Below are positions 39,493 through 50,490 of a DNA stretch of 64,000 bases, in pieces; position 1 is the stretch's first letter; the number at the start of each line of letters is the position of its first letter. Below the pieces are notes generated by a model. The model did no database searches. It saw nothing but the letters and a program-made list of their open reading frames with translations, and was not told where the DNA came from. Source of the stretch: Naegleria gruberi (Eukaryota); the NCBI GenBank assembly GCA_000004985.1, contig GG738874.1, one strand, 5' to 3'. Position numbers and translations under genes: made by a program.

Positions 39493-41106
39493 TTATTTCC
39501 AATTATCAAAATTGAATTGATCAGAACTGTTAGAATTATTGGAAGTTTCTTTTCTGATTGGAATTATTGATGAAGGTATAATAGAAGAGGAATTGGAAGT
39601 ACTCTTTAAATTTAAATATTTTCCAACTTTGGATTGAGTGGCGGTGGTGGCAGGATTTTGTTCAATTCCAGACGGATTAGAAAACCAATTACCAAACTTT
39701 TCCTTATCTTCATTAGAAACTACTTGTGTTCTTTCTTCCTTATCCTTTTGTCTCTTTTCATCCTCAGTGAATGGATTGTAAAATATAGAGATATTTTCAA
39801 TTTGTACATCTTCCAATGGTTTATCTTCATCATCTACTGGAATATTTTCAATCTTTTGAAGTAATTTTAATCCACCGACTAATTTTCCAAATACTGTATG
39901 CTTATTATCCAAATGAGGAGTTTCCTTGAATGTAATGAAAAATTGGCTAGAATTAGTATTTGGTCCCTTATTAGCCATACTTAGAGTTCCAATTGTGTCA
40001 TGACGAAGTTTTGGTGAGATTTCATCCTTAAACTCACCTCCCCAAATACTCTTCCCTCCTCTACCTGTTCCAGTTGGATCACCTCCTTGAATCATAAATC
40101 CTTTAATGAGTCTATGAAATTTAACTCCATTGTAATATCCTCTTGAACACAAACTCAGGAAATTATCACATGTTTGTGGACAAAGATATGGATAAAGTTC
40201 AACATTTAAATCGCCTAGGTTTGTGTGTAATGATACAAATGATTTCTTATTTTTAAACTCTTTCCTTATTCTATCATATTGTTCCAATTTCTGTTTCCAA
40301 TATTGTTCAGTAATTTTCTCAGTTTCATGACTTTTAGTTCTCACATTCATAACAGAAGAAGTTAATGAAGATGATTTAGTGTCACTACTCAAAACTCCAA
40401 AACTTTGTTCTCCACTTCTCAAAGAAGAGCTTGTAAGTGCCACTTCTTCTTCTCCACTTTCAATTTTCTTTTTCTTTCTCTTTTCCATTTCTTCCAAAAC
40501 TTTTGAAGTTGCACTATTTAAATTAATCTTTTCACTAGCTCTTTCCAAAACAGAATCATCTTCATTCTTTCTTTTTTTATCTCGTTGTTCAATTTCATGT
40601 TGTATTGTTTTAATATCTCTTGGATGTAATGGATCTTGTAATGAAATAATATCTTCCTTTGTAAATTCTGTATGATCCAATAAATCATACATAATTTCTC
40701 CTTCCTTTAAATTTATTCTTTCAATTGCACTATATGCATAGACATTTCCTGTTTTTGCAATACAAACAATATGTGACTGATCGGTAAATATTTTGCGTGA
40801 GACTGGACAGTATGGTTTTCCTTCATCATTGGTTGCAATTTTTAATCTAATAATATCTTTAAAATCCAAAGGATTACCAGTGATTGGATGTATTTTATGT
40901 TTTCTAATCCATGGCATTATATTTAATATATCAAACATGTAACCATCTCTTGTTGTAACTGCTTCTCCTTTAATAGGTTGAAGAGAGAAGGCACAATGAT
41001 TAAAAGCAAGGGAAACTCCTTGTTTTTGTTCTACTTGTGTCTTGTTACGTGATGATAATTCCGATGCTCTGATGAATAAGTGACCATTCTTTTTAGAGTG
41101 AGACAT
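39493..41106 (-). CDS. U-box + cyclophilin peptidyl-prolyl cis-trans isomerase-like 2 (PPIL2/Cyp60-type)
   Basis: 537-aa ORF. N-terminal U-box region (CAFSLQPIKGEAVTTRDGYMFDILNIMPWI...). C-terminal cyclophilin domain FHRLIKGFMIQGGDPTGTGRGGKSIWGGEFKDE...NSSQFFITF...HTVFGKLV. Confidence 0.8.
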   Translation of the reverse strand: MSHSKKNGHLFIRASELSSRNKTQVEQKQGVSLAFNHCAFSLQPIKGEAVTTRDGYMFDILNIMPWIRKHKIHPITGNPLDFKDIIRLKIATNDEGKPYCPVSRKIFTDQSHIVCIAKTGNVYAYSAIERINLKEGEIMYDLLDHTEFTKEDIISLQDPLHPRDIKTIQHEIEQRDKKRKNEDDSVLERASEKINLNSATSKVLEEMEKRKKKKIESGEEEVALTSSSLRSGEQSFGVLSSDTKSSSLTSSVMNVRTKSHETEKITEQYWKQKLEQYDRIRKEFKNKKSFVSLHTNLGDLNVELYPYLCPQTCDNFLSLCSRGYYNGVKFHRLIKGFMIQGGDPTGTGRGGKSIWGGEFKDEISPKLRHDTIGTLSMANKGPNTNSSQFFITFKETPHLDNKHTVFGKLVGGLKLLQKIENIPVDDEDKPLEDVQIENISIFYNPFTEDEKRQKDKEERTQVVSNEDKEKFGNWFSNPSGIEQNPATTATQSKVGKYLNLKSTSNSSSIIPSSIIPIRKETSNNSNSSDQFNFDNWK

Positions 41107-41307
41107 TTTTTTTGATATTTAAATCTAATAATACTGTTGTTGGAATGAATAAATTGAAGATGAATCATTGGATAAATTTTCAGCTTATTTACTGATAGAA
41201 CATGATAATTGAAAATAATATGTAGGGGTAATCATTATTTATTAAAGAAATCATTGAATTCTCTCTCTAGATAATATATAGTACACTCAACTGTTACAAG
41301 ATCAAAA

Positions 41308-42467
41308 TTATTTCTTGAGCTTTGAACTCACGTTTGGAAGAAGACTGAGAATAACATCAACTGTATTAATTTCAAGTCGTTAATATTATGAATTTTCAAA
41401 GATAATATATTACATACCCATTGGTTCGACTTCCTTCTTTGAAACAAGGTCAAATTCAAAGACAAATAAACAGAAATGCTAAAATAAACATGTAAATATA
41501 TGTGTCACAAACTATTTCACTTACTTTAAAAGCAGTATTCAAGTGAGCTTCTTCACCCAATTTCTTAACTTCTTCAAAGTGAGAGTGATAAATGTGAGCA
41601 TAAACTCTGAACAATCGTTTAAAGATTTGCTTGACTTCAGATTTAAAGTTTGTTGGGAAAGGAACATCTGGAGAAGGTGGGAACAATTGTTCATTGTTAA
41701 CCCTGGATTCAATCCAACCCATCAAAAATTCCATATATTGTGGAGCACTGACACGAATTGGCTTGGTAATGTTATCTTCAGGATTCATCCACAAATATTC
41801 ATATTCTACAAGTTGTGTGTAAACATTCAAAGAAGGAAATAATTATTACATACCAGCACCAGCACACATGACAGGGCATGAAGAAGCAGTACAGAATTCA
41901 GAAATACTTCCGTACAATAAATTGGTTGTATTGAAGAAATCAACAGCTAAATAGATCCATATTATGTATCAAATTTCATCATAAACACTTACTATGGACA
42001 GCTAGTAAATCGTAAATAACAAAAGATCATAATATTACTAGTACTTACCCAACCATTCGTTCAATTCTTCACCTTGTGGGAGTTTAACTGCTTGGCTCAA
42101 ATCACCACTTCCAAGAGTAGCTGTGTTAGAATAAATTTTGTTATTTGACACAATTCAATTAATGATCTTACCTTTAGCTGCTTTGTGTAATTCCTTTCTC
42201 TTTCCTCCGTGAGATTTCTTTGGACGAAAAGTGTTGCTATTCTTGTTTCCGCTATGATTGTATCAAAGCCAAAAACAAGTCATCAAGAGATTTTGATGAT
42301 GAATATTTTCAAAATAAGAAAAATAATCCAAGTGGTGAATCAATTAACAAATTTATAATAGAGACGATAATAGTTATTCATCATCATCATCAATAAGAAT
42401 AAAAAGGCTGATGATTAAAATCAAGAGAATATTATTTCTAAACGTACAAAATTCCTAACAATGGCAT
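41308..42467 (-). CDS. MOB kinase activator (Mob1); 7-exon model
   Basis: Exons (minus strand, window coordinates, +/-1 nt): 42448..42467 (MPLLGIF), 42172..42251, 42049..42120, 41854..41946, 41525..41805, 41418..41478, 41308..41360. Donors are GTACGT/GTAAGA/GTAAGT/GTATGT; acceptors are AG. The spliced product reads [19 protein letters not shown]...[30 protein letters not shown]...[33 protein letters not shown]...[52 protein letters not shown]..., collinear with metazoan Mob1. The last exon is the least certain. Confidence 0.7.
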
Positions 42468-42553
42468 TTTTTTGTTGTTTTATTTGATTCCCAAGACATT
42501 TCGAGTTGTGAGTGATGGAAGAAGATTTAGTTCCTTATGGATTGATAATGTCA

Positions 42554-44062
42554 TTAATAGAGAGGAAAGTTCGTATCTACTTGTTGTCTCCATGAGTTGA
42601 TTCCTCCATCAATATTCTTAACATTGGTAAATCCATTTTGAATGAGAAGTTTAGTTGCTGAGACAGATGCTATTCCTCTACGACACATGACATAAATAGG
42701 GAAATCATTGATTGAGGATGATTTTTTTGAAATTTCATCCTTAATTGCTTGAATGGTTTCTGGTTTCTCCATCTTTTTAAGTGGGAAATTTACAGCATGT
42801 GGAACAGATGCAATATTATATTGAATATTTTCTCTTACATCCAATAGTATGTGATTGCTATTAGAGCTATCTTTCAATATAATTTGTTCAAATTCCTTGG
42901 CTGTTATTCTATTTTCTGATTGTAAGGAATCAGATGGAGTTGAGGCAATCTTATCAGTACATACTAATGATTGACCTTCTGGAATTAAACTGGTAATGAC
43001 TGGATTTTCTCCACAAACCTTACAACCTACTTGTCTTCCTCTAATTTTTGCACATCGGAAAGAGCAAGTCTTGGCATTGAAGAGTAACATTTTTTGTACA
43101 AGTAATTCACAATTATTCTTTACAGATTCCTCATCGTCCATTTCCATAAGCAATTTTTGAGCTTCCAAAGCTTGTAAACATCCAATAATTCCAGGAACAA
43201 TTCCCAAAACACCTCCATCTGAACAGCTCGTTACAGTTGCTGCTGGTGGAGGCTCAGGATAGAGGCATCTATAGCATGGTCCCTTAGTTTCTCCCCTTCT
43301 ATAGTTATATATTGTCAATTGACCCTCAAATTTAACAGCACTTCCACTCACTAATGGTTTTCCAGCTAATACACAAGCATCATTAACTAAATAACGAGTT
43401 GTGACATTATCGCTGCAATCCATAACTACATCATATTGTTTAACTAATTCCAATCCATTCAATTCTGAGAAAGGAGTATTATAACACTCAACTTGGACAT
43501 TGTGATTCATAAGTTGACACGACATTTTGGCTGAAACAGTTTTGAGTAGTCCAGTACGATGTTCATTGTGAATAACTTGTCTATGTAAATTACTACTGTC
43601 AACCACGTCAAAATCAACAAAACCCAATTTACCAACACCTGCAGCAGCAAGATATAAAGCAGCAGGCGAACCCAATCCACCAGCGCCGACAAGTAATATA
43701 CTTCCCTTACAAAGCTTTGATTGTCTCTTAACACCAATTTCTGGTAATAATAAATGTCTACTGAAACGAGCAATTTGGTCATTTGTCAACTCCTTATTCA
43801 TTTCATCATAAATATATGGAAGTGTTTTCTTTAATTCATCACCACCACTATTATTTGCATTACTATCAATACTAGTATTATCAACCAATGACACTTGTTG
43901 ACCATTCGTTTCAATTCCACTCAATTTTTCTTCCAATTTTCTAATATGTTCTCTCAAATGCTCATTCTCCTCAGTGAGTCTTTTAATAATCTCCTCCGAT
44001 GAAGAAGAGGCAGTGGAACAACATTCAAAGCCTTCTTCTGTTGCTGGTTGCTTGTTCAACAT
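42554..44062 (-). CDS. adenylyltransferase and sulfurtransferase MOCS3/Uba4 (ThiF/MoeB domain + C-terminal rhodanese)
   Basis: 502-aa ORF. LLVGAGGLGSPAALYLAAAGVGKLGFVDFDVVDSSNLHRQ. Zinc-binding CxxC pairs (CYRC...CKVCGENP). Rhodanese active-site region YVMCRRGIASVSATKLL. Confidence 0.85.
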   Translation of the reverse strand: MLNKQPATEEGFECCSTASSSSEEIIKRLTEENEHLREHIRKLEEKLSGIETNGQQVSLVDNTSIDSNANNSGGDELKKTLPYIYDEMNKELTNDQIARFSRHLLLPEIGVKRQSKLCKGSILLVGAGGLGSPAALYLAAAGVGKLGFVDFDVVDSSNLHRQVIHNEHRTGLLKTVSAKMSCQLMNHNVQVECYNTPFSELNGLELVKQYDVVMDCSDNVTTRYLVNDACVLAGKPLVSGSAVKFEGQLTIYNYRRGETKGPCYRCLYPEPPPAATVTSCSDGGVLGIVPGIIGCLQALEAQKLLMEMDDEESVKNNCELLVQKMLLFNAKTCSFRCAKIRGRQVGCKVCGENPVITSLIPEGQSLVCTDKIASTPSDSLQSENRITAKEFEQIILKDSSNSNHILLDVRENIQYNIASVPHAVNFPLKKMEKPETIQAIKDEISKKSSSINDFPIYVMCRRGIASVSATKLLIQNGFTNVKNIDGGINSWRQQVDTNFPLY

Positions 44063-44516
44063 TTTTTTGAGTGCGTTTTAATTAAATTTTAAAAACGAAC
44101 CAAAACAACCCCAATAAAATAATGCTAAGAAATTGAGGAGGAAAAAATAAGCTATTCAATTTCGTTCTATGTTGAACATAATGTTAGATGGGAAATAGGG
44201 AAGTGATATGAATGGTACAATCTTGATGATGATTGTGTTTAAATAGGTGAACAATCTCTGAAAAGTCGCTGATTACAAATTAAACGCTAGACAGTAACTG
44301 ATGAAGCATTGTACAATATCACTCAATTCTTTTTTTCATTCAATCCCATTCATACTCTTTTGATTCTCACTGTTGTAATTATTTATAATTGAGAATCAAA
44401 ATTTCCGTTTCATAGATTTGAGGAAGGCAATATCATCAATTAAATAATACTTCCGATAATTCCTCATCCGATCAAGTCAATGAAACCAATGGTGAAACAA
44501 ATTAAAGAGAAAAAAA

Positions 44517-45592
44517 ATGCAAGTCTTTAAAATTGTTAGACAATGCACGTTGGTGTTTTCCATTTGTCTCTTTTGTGCCATAATGACTGTTGGCTTGGTA
44601 TTATTAACACCATTATCAATGTTCGGATATGGTAATTTTGTGTTTAAAGTTTATTGCTTGTGGGCAGGAAGAGGATATTGGAGTTTTATTTTCTTATTGG
44701 AAAAGCTTGATCAAGTAGAATTGGTTTGGTACGGAGACAAGATTCCAAAATATGAAAATAGTATTTGTATTTCTAATCATGTGGCTGATACTGATTTTAT
44801 TGTTATTCAAACTTTCGGAATGAGAAAAGGTATGCTTGGTCATACTAAGTTTATGATGAAGGAAATTATCAAGTATGTAATTATTGTTGTTACATAGATT
44901 GTTTTAAAGTATTATTATTATAATAATTATCTATTTAATTTTGTAATCAATTCGGATTTTTAACAAATTGACTAATTTATTAATGATGACGATCAATAAT
45001 TTAAAGATATATTCCTGGAGTTGGATGGGGATGTTATTTATTAAATCACATTATGATGGCTAGAAATTGGACAAAGGATAAGGAATCTATTGAGAGGACT
45101 TTCGGAAATATTAAATCAAAGAAGATACCAGTTTGGATTATTTCATTCCTGGAAGGAACAAGATTCACTCCTCAAAAATTGGAAGCTTGTAAAAAGTTCT
45201 GTGAGGAAAAGGGAATTAAACCAACTGAACGTGTTTTGACTCCAAGAGTTAAAGGATTCAAGGCAACTGTTTCCAATTTTGCCAATTCACACATTGAATA
45301 CGTTTATGATTTCACTATTGCCTATGAAGATGGTCCAATCTCTGTCATGCAACTCATGAAAATGCCATTTACTGGTAGAAAGATCCACGTACACGTAAAG
45401 AGAATTCCAATTAAGGATGTTCCATATGAAAGTGATGAAAAAATTGAAAAATGGGTCTATGATCGTTTCTATGAAAAGGATAGATTGTTGAAACAATTTG
45501 CAGAAACCAAATCATTTGGTCCAATTGTTGAAGAACCATACAATTATGAAGATTTCATTACTGAACCAATGAAGAGAATGTCCAAATTGTAA
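44517..45592 (+). CDS. lysophospholipid acyltransferase, LPGAT1/LCLAT1-like (AGPAT family); exons 44517..44873 and 45008..45592
   Basis: Exon 1 has N-terminal TM and acyltransferase motif I NHVADTD, and ends ...KEIIK before a GTATGT donor. Acceptor tttaaag|ATATATTCC gives ...YIPGVGWGCYLLNHIMMARNWTKDKESIERTF (compare KYVPIIGWAMYL...KRSWEKDKEHIENTF). Motif III FLEGTRF and the LPGAT-type C-terminal domain (VLTPRVKGFKA...) follow. Confidence 0.7.
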
Positions 45593-45613
45593 AATGATTG
45601 TAAAAAATAAATA

Positions 45614-46168
45614 TTATTTAACCTTGAACTCTCTATAATATTTGAAACACATTAAACTGTCCGTCTCGTAATACTTTTTAACTTCAGTAACACCTCTCGA
45701 ATTATCTTTATACCATTCCTCCACTTTTTCCTCAACTTCTGAAGAGGTTGAATCATTATCGAAGGGAGTAGAGAGCCCTTCTCTTTCCAATTGTTTTTGT
45801 TTCTTTCTGATTTTTTTCTTTGATTTGGTTGCACACCACTCTTCAAACTTTTCATTTTGGTGTTTTTGTTTGGCGTTATGTTTAGATTCATGTTTAGCTT
45901 CTTCCAATTCCTTTAAATCTTGAGTTCTATTTGATAATTTAATTTGTAATTCAATTTGAGTATCTGTCATTGTATGTGTTTTCCAATATTTTTGATCTCT
46001 TGCTGGAAATTGAGTTTCCAAGTCGAGTTTATTTTCTTTTCCTGTTTGTCCAAAAATTCCACGAACTTTCTTTCTGTGGGCCTTTCGGGAGTAGGTTCTA
46101 GCTTCTGTCGTGGCAAATTCATCACTCAAGCATTCCATTGCCCCATTTTTATTTTTGCTTCTTGCCAT
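45614..46168 (-). CDS. basic hypothetical protein (starts MARSKNKNG)
   Basis: The ORF frame is open to 46375, but the first ATG is at 46166-46168 in aaaaaaaATG context. Lys/Arg-rich, no domain recognised. Confidence 0.35.
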   Translation of the reverse strand: MARSKNKNGAMECLSDEFATTEARTYSRKAHRKKVRGIFGQTGKENKLDLETQFPARDQKYWKTHTMTDTQIELQIKLSNRTQDLKELEEAKHESKHNAKQKHQNEKFEEWCATKSKKKIRKKQKQLEREGLSTPFDNDSTSSEVEEKVEEWYKDNSRGVTEVKKYYETDSLMCFKYYREFKVK

Positions 46169-46491
46169 TTTTTTTAAAGATCTAGTGTGTGAAATTGAAG
46201 AATCACAAAAGATTGAAATCAATGAAATTTTTCTTAATCGGATTGTCATGCTTAAGGTTTTAAATGGATAATGGACTTGGAAGTGCCGAATAATCAAATT
46301 ACTAGCGAGGATGCATTTTGAAAGATTTGACATCCATCCGTATTTATCTGTCAAATACATTCGATTAAAAATCATTGTTTTGAAATGCCCTCACTAGTTA
46401 GACCATATCGATTTTGATAGAAATCCTATGCTCAGCAGTGATTCGTTTAAGATTATTTGAAAAGGGCTACAAATATTCTGAATAAATATAA

Positions 46492-47487
46492 CTATTTCCA
46501 TGTTGAAAAGTAATAAGGTAGTGACATGGTAACTTTTTCCATAACATAATATTCATCTACTCCTATACGTGTTGATTGAAAATAGATAAGAGGATCTAAC
46601 AGTTTCAAAAATAAATGCTTATAAATAGACTCTTTTGAATCGATTTTTCTCTCAGTTTCCTTCTCAATTTCATTCCACAATTCTTCCTTTCTCTGGAAAA
46701 TATCCTCAACTATTCCAGTTAAGAATTCAGTATTAATATTTTTCATTTTGAATACATCTTCATTGTAATTCCATTCAAATATATTAGTACCATTAACAGT
46801 AGTAGAAAGTGAACTCTCCACATAATTTCCACTTCTCACTGAAATATTAAATAATTTGGAATTAACATGTATTGGATAACCACAATCCATATAAATAGTA
46901 TAATCAATATTCAAAGTATGTGAACTTGAATTAAAATAACATGAATTATTATAATCCAATCGATGTACTTGAACATCTACCTTCTCCAATTCCAACAATT
47001 TTTTCACATGTTGAGACTTGATAATTAGTCCAGTATCATCCTCAAATTTCTTTACACAAAAATCCTTTGCCAACAAGACAGAAAATTGTTTTTTAAGATT
47101 AATATCTTTCTTGGTGTAATTAGTAATCCAACCAAATCCAGACATTGATCCTCCTTGAATATTGTTGTCCATATAATAACTATCCAATAAACAATCTCTC
47201 AATAATTTACAAAATGGTTTTGATTCAATCTTTCTCTTCTTGGTAGGTTCCTTTTCTTCTTTAGTTTTGTAGCAAATTGAATGTTGGGAAATCTTTTCCT
47301 TCAAATCAATTAATTGTGATGAGGAAAGTGATTTGTAATTTGCATAATAACTTTCAGCAAATCTCTCACAAGTCATTACTTGATGAAATGTTCTACTAAT
47401 AACAAATGGAAAGCAACATTTCCAATCTCGATGATTGAGAAAGAGTAAAACTTCATGTACAATATCTGCTTGATCAAAGACTGACAT
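46492..47487 (-). CDS. hypothetical protein
   Basis: 331-aa ORF with ATG start. No recognisable domain. Moderately conserved-looking composition (not low-complexity). Confidence 0.35.
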   Translation of the reverse strand: MSVFDQADIVHEVLLFLNHRDWKCCFPFVISRTFHQVMTCERFAESYYANYKSLSSSQLIDLKEKISQHSICYKTKEEKEPTKKRKIESKPFCKLLRDCLLDSYYMDNNIQGGSMSGFGWITNYTKKDINLKKQFSVLLAKDFCVKKFEDDTGLIIKSQHVKKLLELEKVDVQVHRLDYNNSCYFNSSSHTLNIDYTIYMDCGYPIHVNSKLFNISVRSGNYVESSLSTTVNGTNIFEWNYNEDVFKMKNINTEFLTGIVEDIFQRKEELWNEIEKETERKIDSKESIYKHLFLKLLDPLIYFQSTRIGVDEYYVMEKVTMSLPYYFSTWK

Positions 47488-47687
47488 TTTTTATTAGGTA
47501 ATTCATTAAATTTTGAAAGTGATAAGATTATTTTCTTTACAATTTAGAGTTTCAAAGAAACATCATCAAGCCTAATTATTCATCAACCCAATATTAATTC
47601 CGCCATAACATTCTGTTGCTTCTTCCCTCCTTGCAGCAAGTCCATTCAATCAAATAAAATTTAATTTTCAAATTGAAAAAATAAAAA

Positions 47688-48044
47688 ATGTTCCGTCTTG
47701 TTGCTAAGCCATCCATCAAGTCTGCTGCTACTCTCTTCGCTAGACCAAGCTTCAATAGATATTACTCTGTTAATGCTGCTGCTCAAGGTTCTTTCCTCTC
47801 AAAGGATGAAGTCACTGAACGTATTATTAATGTCTTGAAGAAGCACGAAAAGGTCGACCCAACCAAGGTTGCCCCATCCTCTCACTTTGTTAATGATTTG
47901 GCTTTGGATTCATTGGACTCAACAGAAGTTGTTATGGAAGTTGAAAATGAATTTGGAATTGAAATCCCTGATGAAGAAGCTTTCAAGTTGCAAAGCGTTG
48001 AAGATTGCATTAAATACATTTCATCCAATCCAATGGCCAAATAA
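47688..48044 (+). CDS. mitochondrial acyl carrier protein (NDUFAB1-type)
   Basis: 118 aa. N-terminal presequence (MFRLVAKPSIKSAATLFARPSFNRYYS). Phosphopantetheine attachment motif DLALDSLDSTEVVMEVENEFGIEIPDEEA. Confidence 0.85.
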   Translation: MFRLVAKPSIKSAATLFARPSFNRYYSVNAAAQGSFLSKDEVTERIINVLKKHEKVDPTKVAPSSHFVNDLALDSLDSTEVVMEVENEFGIEIPDEEAFKLQSVEDCIKYISSNPMAK

Positions 48045-48326
48045 ATAATTAAAAACAAATAGTAATATATTCAAAAGAACAAGATGTAAGGTGTAATACT
48101 ATTATTATTGGGAAACAAGTCATCAGAGGACATTTAAACAATAATTTGGAAAATAAAAATCATCAAGCTTGATTTGGTTCATCCTATCCGATTTTACTAG
48201 TAATACTGTAATTATTATGTTTGAAACTGTTTAGTCAATACGTTGATGGTAAATTATCAACTATTATTAAACATTAGAATATCTTCAACACTTATAATTT
48301 AAATTATTTAAATAATAGATGAAAAA

Positions 48327-48999
48327 ATGTCTTTGAATAATTGGAAGCTTTTAGAACAAAGACCAGTAGTTAAAACCAAATGGGTGAGCGTTTATGAGGA
48401 AAAATTGGATACTGGCAATGGAATAATTGATCCATTCTTTGCCATCCATTATCAGAATTGGTGTCTGGTCATTGCCATCACACCCTCTAAAAAAGTTTTA
48501 ATTAATCAACAATATAGAAGAGGATGTGATAGAGTAATAAAGGAATTTCCAACAGGAGCCCGAGAGGAAGGAGAAGATCCTAAACCAACAGCACTCAGAG
48601 AATTATTGGAAGAGGTGAGTTTCGGAATGTAATTGTCAATCTTATATGAAAATAATAATTCGGAATTAGACTGGATATGAATTATTGAACAATGATGAAA
48701 ATGCTGATGTCTTTGAATTATATTCAACACTTCACGAAGATGCCAATAGAAATCCATGTATTTGTAATGCTTACTTGATGATGGTGAAGGAAGAACCAAC
48801 TCACAAACAATCATTGGATCAACATGAACAAATTCTCGTATCCAAAGAAAGCCTTGAACAAGTAAGAAAGTGGTGTTTTGATGGAACCATGCAGAGTGGA
48901 CTTCATATTGCCATGTTTTTCAGAGGAGTCAAATTACTTCACAAATTGGGTCACATTGATGGAGCTGCCTTATTATTCAATGATGATGACCAAGAATAA
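48327..48999 (+). CDS. Nudix hydrolase; exons 48327..48614 and 48670..48999 (55-nt intron GTGAGT..TAG)
   Basis: Splicing joins ...GAREEGEDPKPTALRELLEE | TGYELL..., giving a Nudix box G-x5-E-x7-REuxEExGu. Unspliced, ORF1 ends VSFGM* and ORF2 starts out of context. Confidence 0.7.
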
Positions 49000-49158
49000 T
49001 TGTAGATAAATGTAAATGCCTTAAAGTAGTACCAAGCTGATCATTATATATAATAGTATTAATAATAATAATAGAGAAATTGAACTCGTGAGGTGCCTAA
49101 TGACAAATGATCAGCAGTTTAGTAGTTAACCGTTTCCAAATCTTAAACTTTTATTAAT

Positions 49159-49170
49159 ATGGCGCCAAAA
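49159..49170 (+). promoter_or_regulatory. palindromic E2F-like motif ATGGCGCCAAAA 26 bp upstream of the 49196 ATG
   Basis: GGCGCCAAA is the reverse complement of TTTGGCGCC. Confidence 0.35.
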
Positions 49171-49195
49171 TAATTACGTTATTCTTTCAAAGAAA

Positions 49196-50275
49196 ATGTC
49201 TCAACGTTTTCCAGTCTATAAACCGCTTGGAGGATCATCACAAAAGAACCTAAGCAATGCTAGTTTTAACTCTGAGAGGAGACCTTCATCAGCTACTTTG
49301 CAAAGACCTACATTAAGGAAATCAAACTCACACAACATGGATGATTCAATAGCAATGATCAGAGGAGGTGGTACGCAATCAAATGTTCCATCTTTTCATT
49401 CATCAACAAATAGACCATCTTCTGCATACGGAAGATATAAGGATGTAGATAATACAACAAATGTACATAATAATAATAATAGAATAGGAGACTATAATCC
49501 AACAACTTCCAAAAGGCCTCAATCATCATACTCTCGAACAACTCCCACTTTTAATAGTAATAATCATAACAACAATTATCAGCAACGAAGTAATTCTAGT
49601 AATGAGTATGTTCCAAAGAATTATCTTAAGAAAAATAGCAGGCAAGATATGTTGGGTTCATTCCCAACCGAGGAGGATATGAAGAAATCAATTACAGGAA
49701 GAAAAAATTCTGTAAAAAGGATCCAGAAATACCAGGAGGAATATCTCCCTCCTCATACATGTAATGTGTTTTATCAGCAAGGAAGACATGCTGTTAAGAA
49801 TACACAATGCAAAAGATGCTCAATGGCATTCAGACAGCAGCAACCAAAAAAACCAACACCTAAACCAAAGAAACCTCAACTAATTGAAAGACCTCCAAGC
49901 CCAGAAGGAATATTTATGGTTAAGGAAAATGTGAATAATGCTCCAATGTACATAGATCCAGCACAAAATCTCAGTGAAACGAAACAATTACTCAAGGATA
50001 ATATCAAACAATTACTTTATCATTATAGAGACGAGAAAGATAAGCTTTATAATCTTTCAAAAGGTGTACAGACAGGTTATCTCGATGAGCCTTACATTGA
50101 TTATTCAGTATCTGTAAAACCAAATCGAGTGAGATCTCAAAAGGAATTTAATGACTATGTCTCTAGAGGAAAGAGAATTGAACTCTTTGATGATGACGAA
50201 TACCTTAGACTAATGAAAGAATATGGAGTTGATTGCGAGCCAAACTGTTTTCAAATAGAGGGAAGACAATGTTAA
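49196..50275 (+). CDS. Ser/Asn-rich hypothetical protein
   Basis: 359-aa ORF; ATG 49196. Low-complexity N-terminal half. C-terminal half not low-complexity (..YHYRDEKDKLYNLSKGVQTGYLDEPYIDYSV..). Confidence 0.35.
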   Translation: MSQRFPVYKPLGGSSQKNLSNASFNSERRPSSATLQRPTLRKSNSHNMDDSIAMIRGGGTQSNVPSFHSSTNRPSSAYGRYKDVDNTTNVHNNNNRIGDYNPTTSKRPQSSYSRTTPTFNSNNHNNNYQQRSNSSNEYVPKNYLKKNSRQDMLGSFPTEEDMKKSITGRKNSVKRIQKYQEEYLPPHTCNVFYQQGRHAVKNTQCKRCSMAFRQQQPKKPTPKPKKPQLIERPPSPEGIFMVKENVNNAPMYIDPAQNLSETKQLLKDNIKQLLYHYRDEKDKLYNLSKGVQTGYLDEPYIDYSVSVKPNRVRSQKEFNDYVSRGKRIELFDDDEYLRLMKEYGVDCEPNCFQIEGRQC

Positions 50276-50490
50276 TTCATTTTCAATACCTCACAATAAT
50301 ACATTAATTTATTTTTAATTCACATTGATAAACTGAATGAAGAATATTCATGTTGTTGTAGTATACGACCAACAATTTTTGGTATCGCCCTGGGCTTTAA
50401 ACGTTGTACAATTTATTTAAACACTTGACTTTCCAATTTCAGTTTTTCATTTTCCGCTATACATTTTAGTTCTGACATTCAAGAAAAAAA

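Noticed and set aside
41543-41842. Plus-strand ORFs 41543..41842 and 41631..41822 starting at non-ATG codons
   Set aside because: They lie antisense to Mob1 exon 5. The track evidently allows GTG/TTG starts, and several listed M residues are not ATG.
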